NCBI GenBank assembly: GCA_027021705.1
Contig: JALUTT010000156.1
Location: 1-23,791 of the forward strand
Length of the DNA stretch: 23,791 nt
Source of the DNA: Anaerolineae bacterium
GTDB taxonomy: Bacteria > Chloroflexota > Anaerolineae > S140-20
Direction: 5' to 3'
Part shown: positions 1 to 9,274 of the stretch, one piece after another
Numbering within the stretch: the first letter of the stretch is position 1
Layout of the letters: each line of letters opens with the position of its first letter
Program-made: the position numbers and the translations under genes
Notes under the pieces: model-generated
Database searches by the model: none
Told to the model about the DNA's origin: nothing
The model's input: only the letters and a program-made list of their open reading frames with translations

Positions 1-1484
1 ACCTCTCCCTGCTCCGGGTGCGCCGCCACGTGGGCCTGCTGGACCGGTACGCCGGCCTGGACCCCCTGCGGGAGGAGTTGGCCCAGGCAGTGGGCCGGCT
101 GCGCCGGGTCCGCCGGGAACTGGCGGAGCTGATGCGCGACGAGCGGGAGCTGGCCCGCCGGATGGACCTGCTCCAGTTCCAGATTCAGGAGATCGAGGCG
201 GCCCACCTGGAGCCCGGCGAGGAAGAAGCCCTCGTCGAGGAGCGCAACCGGCTGGCCAACGCCGAGCAGTTGGCAGCCCTGGCCACCGAGGCCTACGCCG
301 CCCTCCAGGAAGGGGACCTGGAGACGCCGACCGCCGCCGACCTGATCGGCAGCGCCCTCCAGGCCGTCACCCGCCTGGTCCGCCTGGACCCCTCGATGGC
401 CCCGCTCCAGGCCCAGTTGGAGACGCTCTCCTACCACCTGGACGACGTCGCCCACGCCCTGGCCGACTACCGGGACCAGATCGAGTTCAACCCTCGGCGG
501 CTGGTCGAGGTGGAGGAGCGGCTGGAGGTGATCCGCCGCCTCCAGCGGAAGTACGGGGAGACCATCGAAGAGGTGCTGGCCTACGCTCGACAGGCGGCGG
601 CCGAACTGGAGCGGATCACCACGAGCGAGGAGCGGGTGGAGGTCCTTCAGGCGGAGGAAGCTGCCCTGCTGTCGGAGATCGGACGGCTGGCCGCCCACCT
701 CTCGGCCCGGCGGCAGGAGGCTGCTGCCCGGCTGGCCGCCGCCGTCGAGGCGGAGCTGGCCGACCTGCGGATGGCCGGCGCTCGCTTCGCCGTCGCCTTC
801 CGCTGGAAGCCCGATCCCCAGGGGTGCCCCGTGGAGGGCGTGGCTGAAGGGGGGCTCACCCCCTCCCCGGCCTGGTCCGAGGTCCGGGTGACGGCCACCG
901 GCGTAGAGGAAGAACCTGCCGCCTCCGACGCAGGTTCCGGCGACCGCCTCGCCTTCGACGCCACCGGCGTGGACCGGGTGGAGTTCCTCATCGCCCCCAA
1001 CGTGGGTGAACCCTTCAAGCCCCTGGTCCGGATCGCCTCGGGGGGGGAGACCTCCCGGTTGATGCTGGCCTTGAAGACCGTCTTGGCCCGGGCCGACGCG
1101 GTGCCCACCCTCGTCTTCGACGAGATTGACCAGGGCATCGGGGGGCGGGTCGGGGCCATCGTGGGGCAGAAGCTGTGGCAACTCACGCTCCCCTCGGCCC
1201 AGGGGACCGCCGGCCACCAGGTGCTCTGCGTCACCCACCTGCCCCAACTGGCCGGCTTCGGAGACCGCCATTTGAAGGTCGAGAAGGTCGTCCGGGAAGG
1301 GCGCACCGTCACCCAGGTGACGGTGCTGGAGGAGGCCGAGCGGGTGGAGGAACTGGCCCAGATGCTGGGGGGGGATGGCGAAGCCCATCGGGAGAGCGCC
1401 CACGCGATCCTGGCCCAGGTCCGACAGGTCAAAGCGCCCCAGGCCTCCCTCACCGAGGTCGGCGTCGCGGTTTGGAACGGATAG
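1..1484 (+). CDS. recN: DNA repair protein RecN, 5'-truncated by the window edge
   Basis: Long coiled-coil followed by the signature ASGGETSRLMLAL, Walker B LVFDEIDQGIGG, QVLCVTHLPQLA and the terminal ERVEELAQMLGG. The frame is open to the window start, so the N-terminal Walker A lies upstream. The TAG stop is inside the first array unit. Confidence 0.95.
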   Translation, partial: LSLLRVRRHVGLLDRYAGLDPLREELAQAVGRLRRVRRELAELMRDERELARRMDLLQFQIQEIEAAHLEPGEEEALVEERNRLANAEQLAALATEAYAALQEGDLETPTAADLIGSALQAVTRLVRLDPSMAPLQAQLETLSYHLDDVAHALADYRDQIEFNPRRLVEVEERLEVIRRLQRKYGETIEEVLAYARQAAAELERITTSEERVEVLQAEEAALLSEIGRLAAHLSARRQEAAARLAAAVEAELADLRMAGARFAVAFRWKPDPQGCPVEGVAEGGLTPSPAWSEVRVTATGVEEEPAASDAGSGDRLAFDATGVDRVEFLIAPNVGEPFKPLVRIASGGETSRLMLALKTVLARADAVPTLVFDEIDQGIGGRVGAIVGQKLWQLTLPSAQGTAGHQVLCVTHLPQLAGFGDRHLKVEKVVREGRTVTQVTVLEEAERVEELAQMLGGDGEAHRESAHAILAQVRQVKAPQASLTEVGVAVWNG

Positions 1485-2960
1485 CTGTCAGCGGATTCGA
1501 GAGCGGATTGAGCGGAGCTGTCAACGGATTTGAGAACGGATTGAACGGATGGGAGGTAATCCGTTCAATCCGCTCCCCTGATCCGTTGACAGCCATCCGC
1601 TCCCCAGCCCGTCTGGAACGGATAGCTGTCGGCGGATTCGAGAACGGATTGAGCGGAGCTGTCAGCGGATTTGAGAACGGATTGAACGGATGGGAGGTAA
1701 TCCGTTCAATCCGCTCCCCCTGATCCGTTGACAGCCATCCGCCCCCCAGCCCGTCTGGAACGGATAGCTGTCGGCGGATTCGAGAACGGATTGAGCGGAG
1801 CTGTCAACGGATTTGAGAACGGATTGAACGGATGGGAGGTAATCCGTTCAATCCGCTCCCCCTAATCCGTTGACAGCCATCCGCTCCTCAGCTCGTCTGG
1901 AACGGATAGCTGTCGGCGGATTCGAGAACGGATTGAGCGGAGCTGTCAACGGATTTGAGAACGGATTGAACGGATGGGAGGTAATCCGTTCAATCCGCTC
2001 CCCCTAATCCGTTGACAGCCATCCGCTCCCCAGCCCGTCTGGAACGGATAGCTGTCAGCGGATTCGAGAACGGATTGAGCGGAGCTGTCAACGGATTTGA
2101 GAACGGATTGAACGGATAGGGGTAATCCGTTCAATCCGCTCCCCTAATCCGTTGACGGCCATCCGCTTCCCGGCTCGTTTGGAACGGATAGCTGTCGGCG
2201 GATAGCTGTCAGCGGATTCGAGAACGGATTGAGCGGAGCTGTCAACGGATTTGAGAACGGATTGAGCGGATGAGGGGTAATCCGTTCAATCCGCTCCCCC
2301 TAATCCGTTGACAGCCATCCGCTCCCCAGCCCGTCTGGAACGGATAGCTGTCGGCGGATAGCTGTCGGCGGATTCGAGAACGGATTGAGCGGAGCTGTCA
2401 ACGGATTTGAGAACGGATTGAACGGATGGGAGGTAATCCGTTCAATCCGCTCCCCCTGATCCGTTGACAGCCATCCGCTTCCCGGCCTGTTTGGAGGGGA
2501 TAGCTGTCAGCGGATTCGAGAACGGATTGAGCGGAGCTGTCAACGGATTTGAGAACGGATTGAACGGATGGGAGGTAATCCGTTCAATCCGCTCCCCCTA
2601 ATCCGTTGACAGCCATCCGCTCCCCAGCCCGTCTGGAACGGATAGCTGTCAGCGGATTCGAGAACGGATTGAGCGGAGCTGTCAACGGATTTGAGAACGG
2701 ATTGAACGGATGGGAGGTAATCCGTTCAATCCGCTCCCCTAATCCGTTGACGGCCATCCGCTTCCCGGCTCGTTTGGAACGGATAGCTGTCGGCGGATAG
2801 CTGTCGGCGGATTCGAGAACGGATTGAGCGGAGCTGTCAGCGGATTCGAGAACGGATTGAGCGGATGAGGGGTAATCCGTTCAATCCGCTCCCCCTAATC
2901 CGTTGACAGCCATCCGCTTCCCGGCTTGTTTGGAGGGGATAGCTGTCAGCGGATTTGAGA
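1473..2960. repeat. Tandem array of 10 full and 1 partial palindromic units of 140-156 bp
   Basis: Units start at 1473, 1614, 1756, 1898, 2040, 2180, 2336, 2492, 2634, 2775 and 2931. Each has inverted arms CGGATTGAACGGAT / ATCCGTTCAATCCG and GCTGTCAACGGAT / ATCCGTTGACAGC, with minor variants. Confidence 0.97.
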
Positions 2961-2974
2961 AGGGAGAGAGTGGG

Positions 2975-3277
2975 ATGCGTGCCAAGCTGTTGATCTCGTA
3001 TGACATCCGTCCAGAGACCGTGGAGGAGTACCGGCGTTTCCTCCTGGGGGAGTTCCTGCCCGCCGTCCAGGAGCTGGGGCTGGCCATCAGTGAGATCTGG
3101 CACACCGCTTACGGCGACTACCCCCTGCGGATGACGGGCTTCGTGGCCAAAGATGAGGAGACCCTGTGGGCCATCCTCCACAGCCCGGAGTGGGAACGGC
3201 TGGAGACAACCCTGCGGGCCTACGTGGTGGGCTACCAGCGTAAGGTCATCCCCTATCGGGGAGGGTTCCAGATGTAG
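2975..3277 (+). CDS. Small hypothetical protein (100 aa), NIPSNAP/dimeric alpha-beta barrel-like
   Basis: ATG at 2975 follows purine-rich GGGAGAGAG. The pattern YDIRPETVEEYRRF...PAVQELG...IWHT...SPEW resembles a ferredoxin-like fold. The longer start at 2903 lies inside the repeat. Confidence 0.7.
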   Translation: MRAKLLISYDIRPETVEEYRRFLLGEFLPAVQELGLAISEIWHTAYGDYPLRMTGFVAKDEETLWAILHSPEWERLETTLRAYVVGYQRKVIPYRGGFQM

Positions 3278-3282
3278 GGCCA

Positions 3283-3541
3283 AGCGGCTTAGCGGCTAGC
3301 GGCCAGCGACCTAGCGGCCCGGCGGCGGACTAAGGACCAAGGACTGAGGACTGAGGACTGAGGACCGAACACGACCGCCGACGGCCGACGGCAGACCGCC
3401 GACGGGGGGAGGCATCGAGAACTGAGGACCGAGGACCATCCGACCAAGCGACCACCTGACCACTTGACCAAACGACCAAGCGACCAAACGACCAAGCGAC
3501 CAGGCGACCAAATGACCAAGCGATCAGGCGACCAAGCGACC
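3283..3541. repeat. Composite short tandem repeats: (TAGCGGCC)-like, (GGACTGA)n, (GCCGACG)n, (CGACCAAG)n
   Basis: Periodic 7-mer and 8-mer runs are directly visible between the 3277 stop and the next CDS. Confidence 0.9.
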
Positions 3542-4123
3542 GTCCGGGTCATCAACAACTTCCCAGGGCGGTATCCGGTGGAAGACTGGCGGGTCTACTA
3601 CTGGGTGGTGGACTCCCAGGGCAACCTGTTGGACCGGCACGTGACGATCCAGTTGCCGGCCGGGTACAGCGAGGCTTGCGCTCAGGTCTCCCTGGGGGAG
3701 TCGGGCTGCATCTACAAGGTCCGGCGCTGGGGGCTGGCCTGTTACCCCTCCCTGCTGGAGCGGATCGGCTTTGACCCCTACCCGCTGCTCACCCGAGACC
3801 CGGAGCGCTTCCCCGGCGGCGAGGACCAGGAACTGCTCCACATTTACCTGGCGGTGACCCACTTCGACCTGCCGGGCCACTTCATCATCGCCGATCCGGT
3901 CTACCCCCTGCTCCTCTTCGACCCTCAGGGAGATCTGAAGGGGTCCTGGCTGTGGGGGCCGACCTACGCCGGCGCGCTGGCTTGGATGGCCTCCGGCGGC
4001 AAGGTCCGGGCCACCTTCGAGCAGGTCCGCCGGTTGGAGCCGGACCTCTACGCCGAGGTCGTCGGCATCCTGCGCAAGATGCTGCAGGCCCGACGGCGAC
4101 GGCACCCGCCCCTGGCTGAGTGA
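3464..4123 (+). CDS. Hypothetical protein; start uncertain (TTG 3464 or ATG 3512)
   Basis: High-GC3 codon usage from VRVINNFPGRY onward. The stop overlaps the next start (GTGA). Confidence 0.7.
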   Translation: MTKRPSDQTTKRPGDQMTKRSGDQATVRVINNFPGRYPVEDWRVYYWVVDSQGNLLDRHVTIQLPAGYSEACAQVSLGESGCIYKVRRWGLACYPSLLERIGFDPYPLLTRDPERFPGGEDQELLHIYLAVTHFDLPGHFIIADPVYPLLLFDPQGDLKGSWLWGPTYAGALAWMASGGKVRATFEQVRRLEPDLYAEVVGILRKMLQARRRRHPPLAE

Positions 4124-5430
4124 TCGGAACGCCCGTGCTCAGGATTGCGCCTGTCCTCCTCCTGCTTCTCTCCCTCCTGGTGCTGACGGCCTGTCAGTCC
4201 CTGGGGGGCGTGCCCACGCTGGTCCCTACCGTCGCCCTGCCGACGCCCACCCAGGGGCCGATGGCTGCCCCGCCCACCTTTACGCCCACCGCGCCGCCCC
4301 AGCCCACCCCGACCCCGGCGCCATCCCCCACGCCCCGCCCGGCCAACTGCCCGGCGCCGGGTACCCCGTTGCCGCCGGACCGTCCGGCCGCCTTCGCCGA
4401 CTACCCGACCGCCATCGCCGACTTCCTCAGCGCCGGCGGCCTCGTCGCTGCCCTGGACGCCACCCTCCGCCGCTGGGGGGCCGTCAATGAGCAGACGGGC
4501 CGTGTCACCGCCCGCAACCTGACGGGCAACGGCGACCTGGAGGTGATCGTCCCCCTGAGCGACCCCACCAGCACGGCCCGGCCCCGGCCCGGCGACCTGC
4601 TCATCTACCGCTGCCTCCTGGGAACGATGGTGCCCCTCTACGCGGCCTCTCAGAACGGCGGCTTCGACGGCTACGCCATCCGCCTGCTGAAGGTGGACGA
4701 ACTGACGGGGCTGCCCCCGGCCGAGGTCGCCTTCGTCGCCAGCCGGTGCACCGCCCGGGGGTGCACCGACCGGCTGGAGATGATCGGCTGGGATGGGACC
4801 GCCTTCGTGAGCCGGATGGGAGAGGTGCTGGAGCTCCCCAATGCCACCTTCACCGTAGAGCGGCGGCGGATCGTCGCCGAGGTGGGGGAGTGGACCTCGG
4901 CCGACGCCGGCCCCCAGCGACCCTACACGGAGATCTGGGAGTGGAATGGCCGGGCCTTTCTGCCCAGCCAGCGGATCATCGAGCCGCCCATCTACCGCAT
5001 CCACGCCTTCCACGACGGCGACGCGGCGCTGCGGGCCGGCGAGTACATCACCGCCACCCAGCTCTACCAGCAGGTCATCGAGGATGAGGCGCTGCAGACC
5101 TGGGGAACGCCGGAGGAACCGGAGATCCTGGCTGCTTTGGCCCGCTTCCGGCTGGTCCAGGTGCGCCTATTGCAGGGGGACCGCATCGGCGCGGAGCAAC
5201 TCTACTACCAGCTTGAGGCCACCTACCCGCTGAACCCGGTGGGCAAGGCGATCGGGCGGGTGGCCCAGACCTTCTGGACCGCCTACAGCACCAGCAACAA
5301 CCTGACCGCAGCCTGTGCTGCCGCCGCGTCGGCGGTCAACGCCAATCCGGCCTTCCTCGATTTCCTCAACAGCTATGGAAGGGCCAACCCCACCTACACG
5401 CCCGACGACGTCTGTCCCTTCTCGCCCTGA
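4120..5430 (+). CDS. Putative lipoprotein with Pro/Thr-rich linker and C-terminal TPR-like helices
   Basis: Hydrophobic signal ending in the lipobox LTAC, PT repeats, several Cys, and a helical C-terminal region. Confidence 0.8.
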   Translation: MIGTPVLRIAPVLLLLLSLLVLTACQSLGGVPTLVPTVALPTPTQGPMAAPPTFTPTAPPQPTPTPAPSPTPRPANCPAPGTPLPPDRPAAFADYPTAIADFLSAGGLVAALDATLRRWGAVNEQTGRVTARNLTGNGDLEVIVPLSDPTSTARPRPGDLLIYRCLLGTMVPLYAASQNGGFDGYAIRLLKVDELTGLPPAEVAFVASRCTARGCTDRLEMIGWDGTAFVSRMGEVLELPNATFTVERRRIVAEVGEWTSADAGPQRPYTEIWEWNGRAFLPSQRIIEPPIYRIHAFHDGDAALRAGEYITATQLYQQVIEDEALQTWGTPEEPEILAALARFRLVQVRLLQGDRIGAEQLYYQLEATYPLNPVGKAIGRVAQTFWTAYSTSNNLTAACAAAASAVNANPAFLDFLNSYGRANPTYTPDDVCPFSP

Positions 5431-5454
5431 GCGCCGGAAAGGGGATTCCGGCGC
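5431..5454 (+). other. Intergenic stem-loop (9-bp stem)
   Basis: GCGCCGGAA-AGGGGA-TTCCGGCGC directly after the stop codon; no U-tract. Confidence 0.5.
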
Positions 5455-5491
5455 GAGGACAGCACTCCGGCTCCCCAGAAAGGAGAGAACT

Positions 5492-6025
5492 ATGGTCTCC
5501 CCCGGTGATACTCTCACCCGACCCTCGCAGGACGAACGAATCACGGCGGCTCTGGCCCACGCCGCCGTCATCCTCTCCCTCCTGGGCATGGCGATCTCCG
5601 CCCTCATCTGGGTGACCCAGAGGGAAAAATCCCGCTACGTCGCCTTCCAGGCGTTGCAGGCCCTGGTCTACCAGTTGGTGACGGTCCTGCTGGGGGCCCT
5701 TGGCTTTGCCTGCTACTTCTGCTCCTTCTTCGCCGTCTTCGTGGGCGTGATGACCACGGCCTCAAAGGTCCCGCCGGGTGGCGAACTCCAGGGAACGGAG
5801 GCCCTCCCTGTGATGCTGATGGCCTTCCTGCCCTTTGGCGTCCTCGCCCTGATGCTGATCGGGGGCATCCTGCTCGTGCTCTACGGGATGTGGGGTGCCC
5901 TCCAGACGCTGCAGGGGAAGCCCTTCCGCTACATCCTCATCGGAAGACGCCTGGAGCGTGCTCTGCAGGAGCGGGGAGAGGCCGGCCCGCTCTCCTCGTG
6001 GGGAGGGACGAGCCCAGGAGGATGA
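5492..6025 (+). CDS. DUF4870-like small membrane protein
   Basis: AAGGAG RBS before ATG 5492. Motif DERITAALAH...IWVTQREKSRYVAFQALQAL, three TM segments and the terminal GKPFRYILIG. Confidence 0.82.
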   Translation: MVSPGDTLTRPSQDERITAALAHAAVILSLLGMAISALIWVTQREKSRYVAFQALQALVYQLVTVLLGALGFACYFCSFFAVFVGVMTTASKVPPGGELQGTEALPVMLMAFLPFGVLALMLIGGILLVLYGMWGALQTLQGKPFRYILIGRRLERALQERGEAGPLSSWGGTSPGG

Positions 6026-6037
6026 GAGGGAGGAGGC

Positions 6038-7243
6038 ATGCGCATCTGTATCCTCGCCTACCGCTTCCCCCCCACCATCGGGGGGCTGCAGACCTACGCC
6101 TACTACACCGCCCGCATCCTCGCCGAGGAGGGGCACGAAGTGAGCATCGTGACCGAGACGGTTGAGGGGACGGACGAGGTGTGGCCACCCGACCTGCCCT
6201 GCCCCTTCGCTATCCGTCGCCTTCCCTCCCTGAAACCCTTCGTCCACGGTCGGGGCAGCCTCTTCGCCTGCCTAGGAGAGCTGCGGGCCACACTGGTCGC
6301 CCTCCGCCCCCACATCATCCACGCCCACGATCCTCTCTCCCTCCTGGCCGCCAACCTGGCCTGGACCGACGTGGGCACACCCCTCTTCTTCACCTTCCAC
6401 TGGATCTTTGACGCCCACGAGGCCGGCTACGCCCGGCGCGACTACGGGGCCGGCCGCTTGAACCACAGCGAGACCTTGGGGTTGGAGCGCTCGCTGATGC
6501 GCTTCATCTTCAGCCGCTGCCGCTATGAACGGCTCATCGCCGTCGGCCCGCCCTTCCTGCACTGGGCCGAGAGCTTCGGTGCGCCGCCGGACCGGGTGGT
6601 CTACCTCCCCAACGGTGTGGACTGCACGGTCTTCCGGCCCCGCCCCTCCGACCCGGCGGCCCGGGCGGCCTGGGGCCTGGAGGCCGACGACCTGGTCGTC
6701 CTCTGTCCTGTGCGCATCGTGCCCCGCAAGGGGATCACCGACGTAACGCGGGCCCTGGCCGCCCTCGACGATCCCCGCATCAAGCTGCTGATCGTGGGTT
6801 CCATCCGGCCTCGGGAAGCCGCCTACGCCCAGGAGGTGCGGGACCTGGTCGCCCAGTTGGGGCTGGGGGAGCGGATCCGGCTGGTGGAGGGGGTGTCGCT
6901 GGACCGGATGCCCGCCCTCTACGCCCTGAGCGACCTGGTCGTCCTGCCCTCGTACATGGAAGGGTTGAGCATCGCCTTGCTGGAGGCGATGGCCTGCGGG
7001 AGGCCGGTGATCACCACCGACGCGCCGGGGAATCGGGAGCTGATCCGCTCCGGGGAGAACGGCCTCCTGGTGCCGCCGGGCGATGTAGAGGCCCTGGCCC
7101 GGGCCGTGGCGCGGTTGGCGGAGGATCCAGCCCGACGTCAGCGTCTGGCCGAAGCCGGCCGCCGGACCGTCGTGACCCACTACGACCTGCGGGAGAAAGT
7201 GCACCAGACGGTGCGGCTCTATGAGCAGTCTTTGGTCGGGTAG
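6038..7243 (+). CDS. GT4 family (GT-B) glycosyltransferase
   Basis: GGAGG RBS. Motifs FPPTIGG, LPNGVD, RKG, PSYMEGLSIALLEAMACGRPVI and NGLLVPPGD. Confidence 0.93.
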   Translation: MRICILAYRFPPTIGGLQTYAYYTARILAEEGHEVSIVTETVEGTDEVWPPDLPCPFAIRRLPSLKPFVHGRGSLFACLGELRATLVALRPHIIHAHDPLSLLAANLAWTDVGTPLFFTFHWIFDAHEAGYARRDYGAGRLNHSETLGLERSLMRFIFSRCRYERLIAVGPPFLHWAESFGAPPDRVVYLPNGVDCTVFRPRPSDPAARAAWGLEADDLVVLCPVRIVPRKGITDVTRALAALDDPRIKLLIVGSIRPREAAYAQEVRDLVAQLGLGERIRLVEGVSLDRMPALYALSDLVVLPSYMEGLSIALLEAMACGRPVITTDAPGNRELIRSGENGLLVPPGDVEALARAVARLAEDPARRQRLAEAGRRTVVTHYDLREKVHQTVRLYEQSLVG

Positions 7244-7245
7244 CC

Positions 7246-7501
7246 CTCAGTCCTCAGTCCTCGGTCCTCGGTCCTCAGTCCTTGCCCTCTGCCCCTTGCC
7301 CCTCGGTACCTCCCCTCGTCGAGGGAAATTGGTAACCCTTTGCCTTCTTCGTATCTCCCGCCGTGTTGCCCCGGTTGGGGTCACCAAGCCCACGACGAGC
7401 ACGAAGGGCACCACGGAGGCTCAAGGGATAGACCTGCAGCCCTTGGTGTCCTTGGTGTGCTTCGTGTCCTTTGTGTCTCCCGCTGTGTTGCCCTGGTTAG
7501 G
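7246..7501. repeat. Heptamer runs (CTCAGTC/CTCGGTC; TGCCCCT) and inverted 9-mer arms (CACGAAGGG-like) between ~30-bp direct repeats
   Basis: Visible periodic runs. Imperfect direct repeats at 7348-7379 and 7470-7501. Confidence 0.8.
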
Positions 7502-7510
7502 AGGGCGCGG

Positions 7511-7539
7511 TTGCTCCCCGCCTGCGAATAGGGTATAAT
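7511..7539 (+). promoter_or_regulatory. Putative sigma70 promoter for the Uma2 gene
   Basis: TTGCTC-17 nt-TATAAT. Confidence 0.6.
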
Positions 7540-7623
7540 GTCGGTGCCCGGTGGGGATAGGACAGCAGCGGTCGGCCGTCGGCCGACGGCCGACGGCGGT
7601 TGTGATCGAAGGGAGCAGACCAG

Positions 7624-8352
7624 ATGAAGGCAGCAACACCGGACCTGCTGAAAGAGGCGACGGCCTCCCAACCGGCCTCCAGGCCGGAGGAGCGCCGGCT
7701 GCGGATGAGCTATGAGGAGTTCCTGGCCTGGTCCGGCGAGGACACCCACGCCGAGTGGGTGGATGGGGAGGTCATCGTCCATATGCCGCCACGAGAAGAA
7801 CACCAGCGGATCGTTCGTTTTCTCACCCATCTGTTGGGGCTCTTCGCCCGCCTTTTCGAGTTGGGGCGGGTCTACTTCGCCCCCTTCGAGGTACGGCTGA
7901 CGCCGGAGGGGCCGTCGCGGGAGCCGGACATCCTCTTCGTGGCGCGGGAGCACCTGGACCGGCTGACGCCCGACCGGCTGGAGGGGCCGGCCGACCTCAT
8001 CGTCGAGGTGGTCTCGCCGGACAGCGTGCAGCGGGACCGGGATCAGAAGTTCCGGGAGTACGAGGCGGCAGGGGTGAGGGAGTACTGGATCGTGGACTCC
8101 CGACCGGGCCGGCAGCGGGCCGACTTCTACCGGCTGGACGAAGAAGGGCGGTACCGCCTCTACGCCACCGAGGACGACGAACGGGTGGCCTCGGAGGTGC
8201 TGCCGGGCTTCTGGCTGCGGCCGGCCTGGCTGTGGGAAGAAGAGCCGCCCGACCCCCTGATGGCGCTGGCGGAGATTCGGGGCCTCTCGCCCGAAGCGGC
8301 CGAGATGCTGCGCCAGATGCTCATCACCGGCCGGCCCCCCGCCGAAACATAG
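7624..8352 (+). CDS. Uma2 family (DUF820) PD-(D/E)XK endonuclease
   Basis: MSYEEFL, EWVDGEV, HQ, EPDILFV, DLIVEVVSPDS, DRDQKFREYEAAGVREYWIVD and SEVLPGF. Confidence 0.93.
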   Translation: MKAATPDLLKEATASQPASRPEERRLRMSYEEFLAWSGEDTHAEWVDGEVIVHMPPREEHQRIVRFLTHLLGLFARLFELGRVYFAPFEVRLTPEGPSREPDILFVAREHLDRLTPDRLEGPADLIVEVVSPDSVQRDRDQKFREYEAAGVREYWIVDSRPGRQRADFYRLDEEGRYRLYATEDDERVASEVLPGFWLRPAWLWEEEPPDPLMALAEIRGLSPEAAEMLRQMLITGRPPAET

Positions 8353-8443
8353 TCCGCAGTCCGCAGTCCTCGGTCCTCAGTCCGCCGCCAAGCCGCCAAG
8401 TCGCTAGGCCGCTAGGCCGCCAAGTCGCCAGGCCGCTAAGCTG
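8352..8443. repeat. Composite 7-mer + 8-mer module in reverse orientation
   Basis: AGTCCGC/AGTCCTC run, then a GCCGCTAG/GCCGCCAA run. This is the reverse complement of the modules at 3283 and 9592. Confidence 0.85.
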
Positions 8444-8482
8444 CTTGCCCGGCGGTCGTCCACCGGACACCGGCGAAACCCA

Positions 8483-9274
8483 ATGCCCTCTCGTGAAGCC
8501 TTCGCCTCCCCCGACAATCCATCCTCCCCCCCGGCCTGGGCCATCCCCTTCGGCCCCCTGGTCCCGGCCACCTTCGTGCGCCGGGACAATCGCTTTCGGG
8601 TGCAGGTGCGCCTGGACGGGCGATCGGTGGCCGCCCACCTGCCCAACTCGGGACGGCTGACGGAGCTGCTGGTGACAGGACGCCGAGTCTGGCTCGCCCC
8701 CGCCGACGCCCGCCGTCGGGAGCGGCGACGCACCGCCTACGACCTGATGCTGGTCGCCCTCGCCGACCGCCTGGTCTCCGTGGACGCCCGGCTGCCGACC
8801 CACCTGCTGGATCGGGCCATCCGGCACGGCCAGGTTCCCCCCTTCAAGGGCTATCCCATCGTGCGGCGGGAGGTGCGCCGGGGCCACAGCCGGCTGGACC
8901 TCCGGCTGGAGGGCGGGGCCGGCCTCCCCCCCTGCTGGATCGAGGCCAAATCGGTGACGTTGGTCGAGGAAGGGGTGGCCCGCTTCCCCGATGCGCCGAC
9001 GCTGCGGGGCCAGCGCCACCTGGAGGAACTGATCGAGATCGTGCGGGCGGGGGAGCGGGCTGCCGTCGTCTTCGTCGTGCAGCGGGACGACGCGGACCGT
9101 TTCGCCCCCCACGACGAGGCCGACCCCGCCTTCGGTGCCGCGCTCCGGCGGGCCGCCCAGGCCGGCGTCGAAGTCCACGCCTTCCGTTGTCACGTCAGCC
9201 GGGAGGCCATCCACCTGACCGCTGCCATCCCGGTCCTCTTACCCCATCCGTTCAATCCGTTCCCAATCCGTTGA
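8483..9274 (+). CDS. sfsA: DNA/RNA nuclease SfsA
   Basis: ATFVRRDNRF, AHLPNSGRLTELL, SRLDL, IEAKSVTL, FPDAPTLRGQRHLEEL and DPAFG...AGVEV. Confidence 0.95.
   Translation: MPSREAFASPDNPSSPPAWAIPFGPLVPATFVRRDNRFRVQVRLDGRSVAAHLPNSGRLTELLVTGRRVWLAPADARRRERRRTAYDLMLVALADRLVSVDARLPTHLLDRAIRHGQVPPFKGYPIVRREVRRGHSRLDLRLEGGAGLPPCWIEAKSVTLVEEGVARFPDAPTLRGQRHLEELIEIVRAGERAAVVFVVQRDDADRFAPHDEADPAFGAALRRAAQAGVEVHAFRCHVSREAIHLTAAIPVLLPHPFNPFPIR

Noticed and set aside
1473..2960. CRISPR array
   Set aside because: Whole units repeat with no unique spacers, and there are no cas genes in the window.
1175..2974. ORFs within the tandem array, including the 2903 start extension
   Set aside because: These are translations of the repeat. 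The frame shifts between units and there is no independent coding signal.
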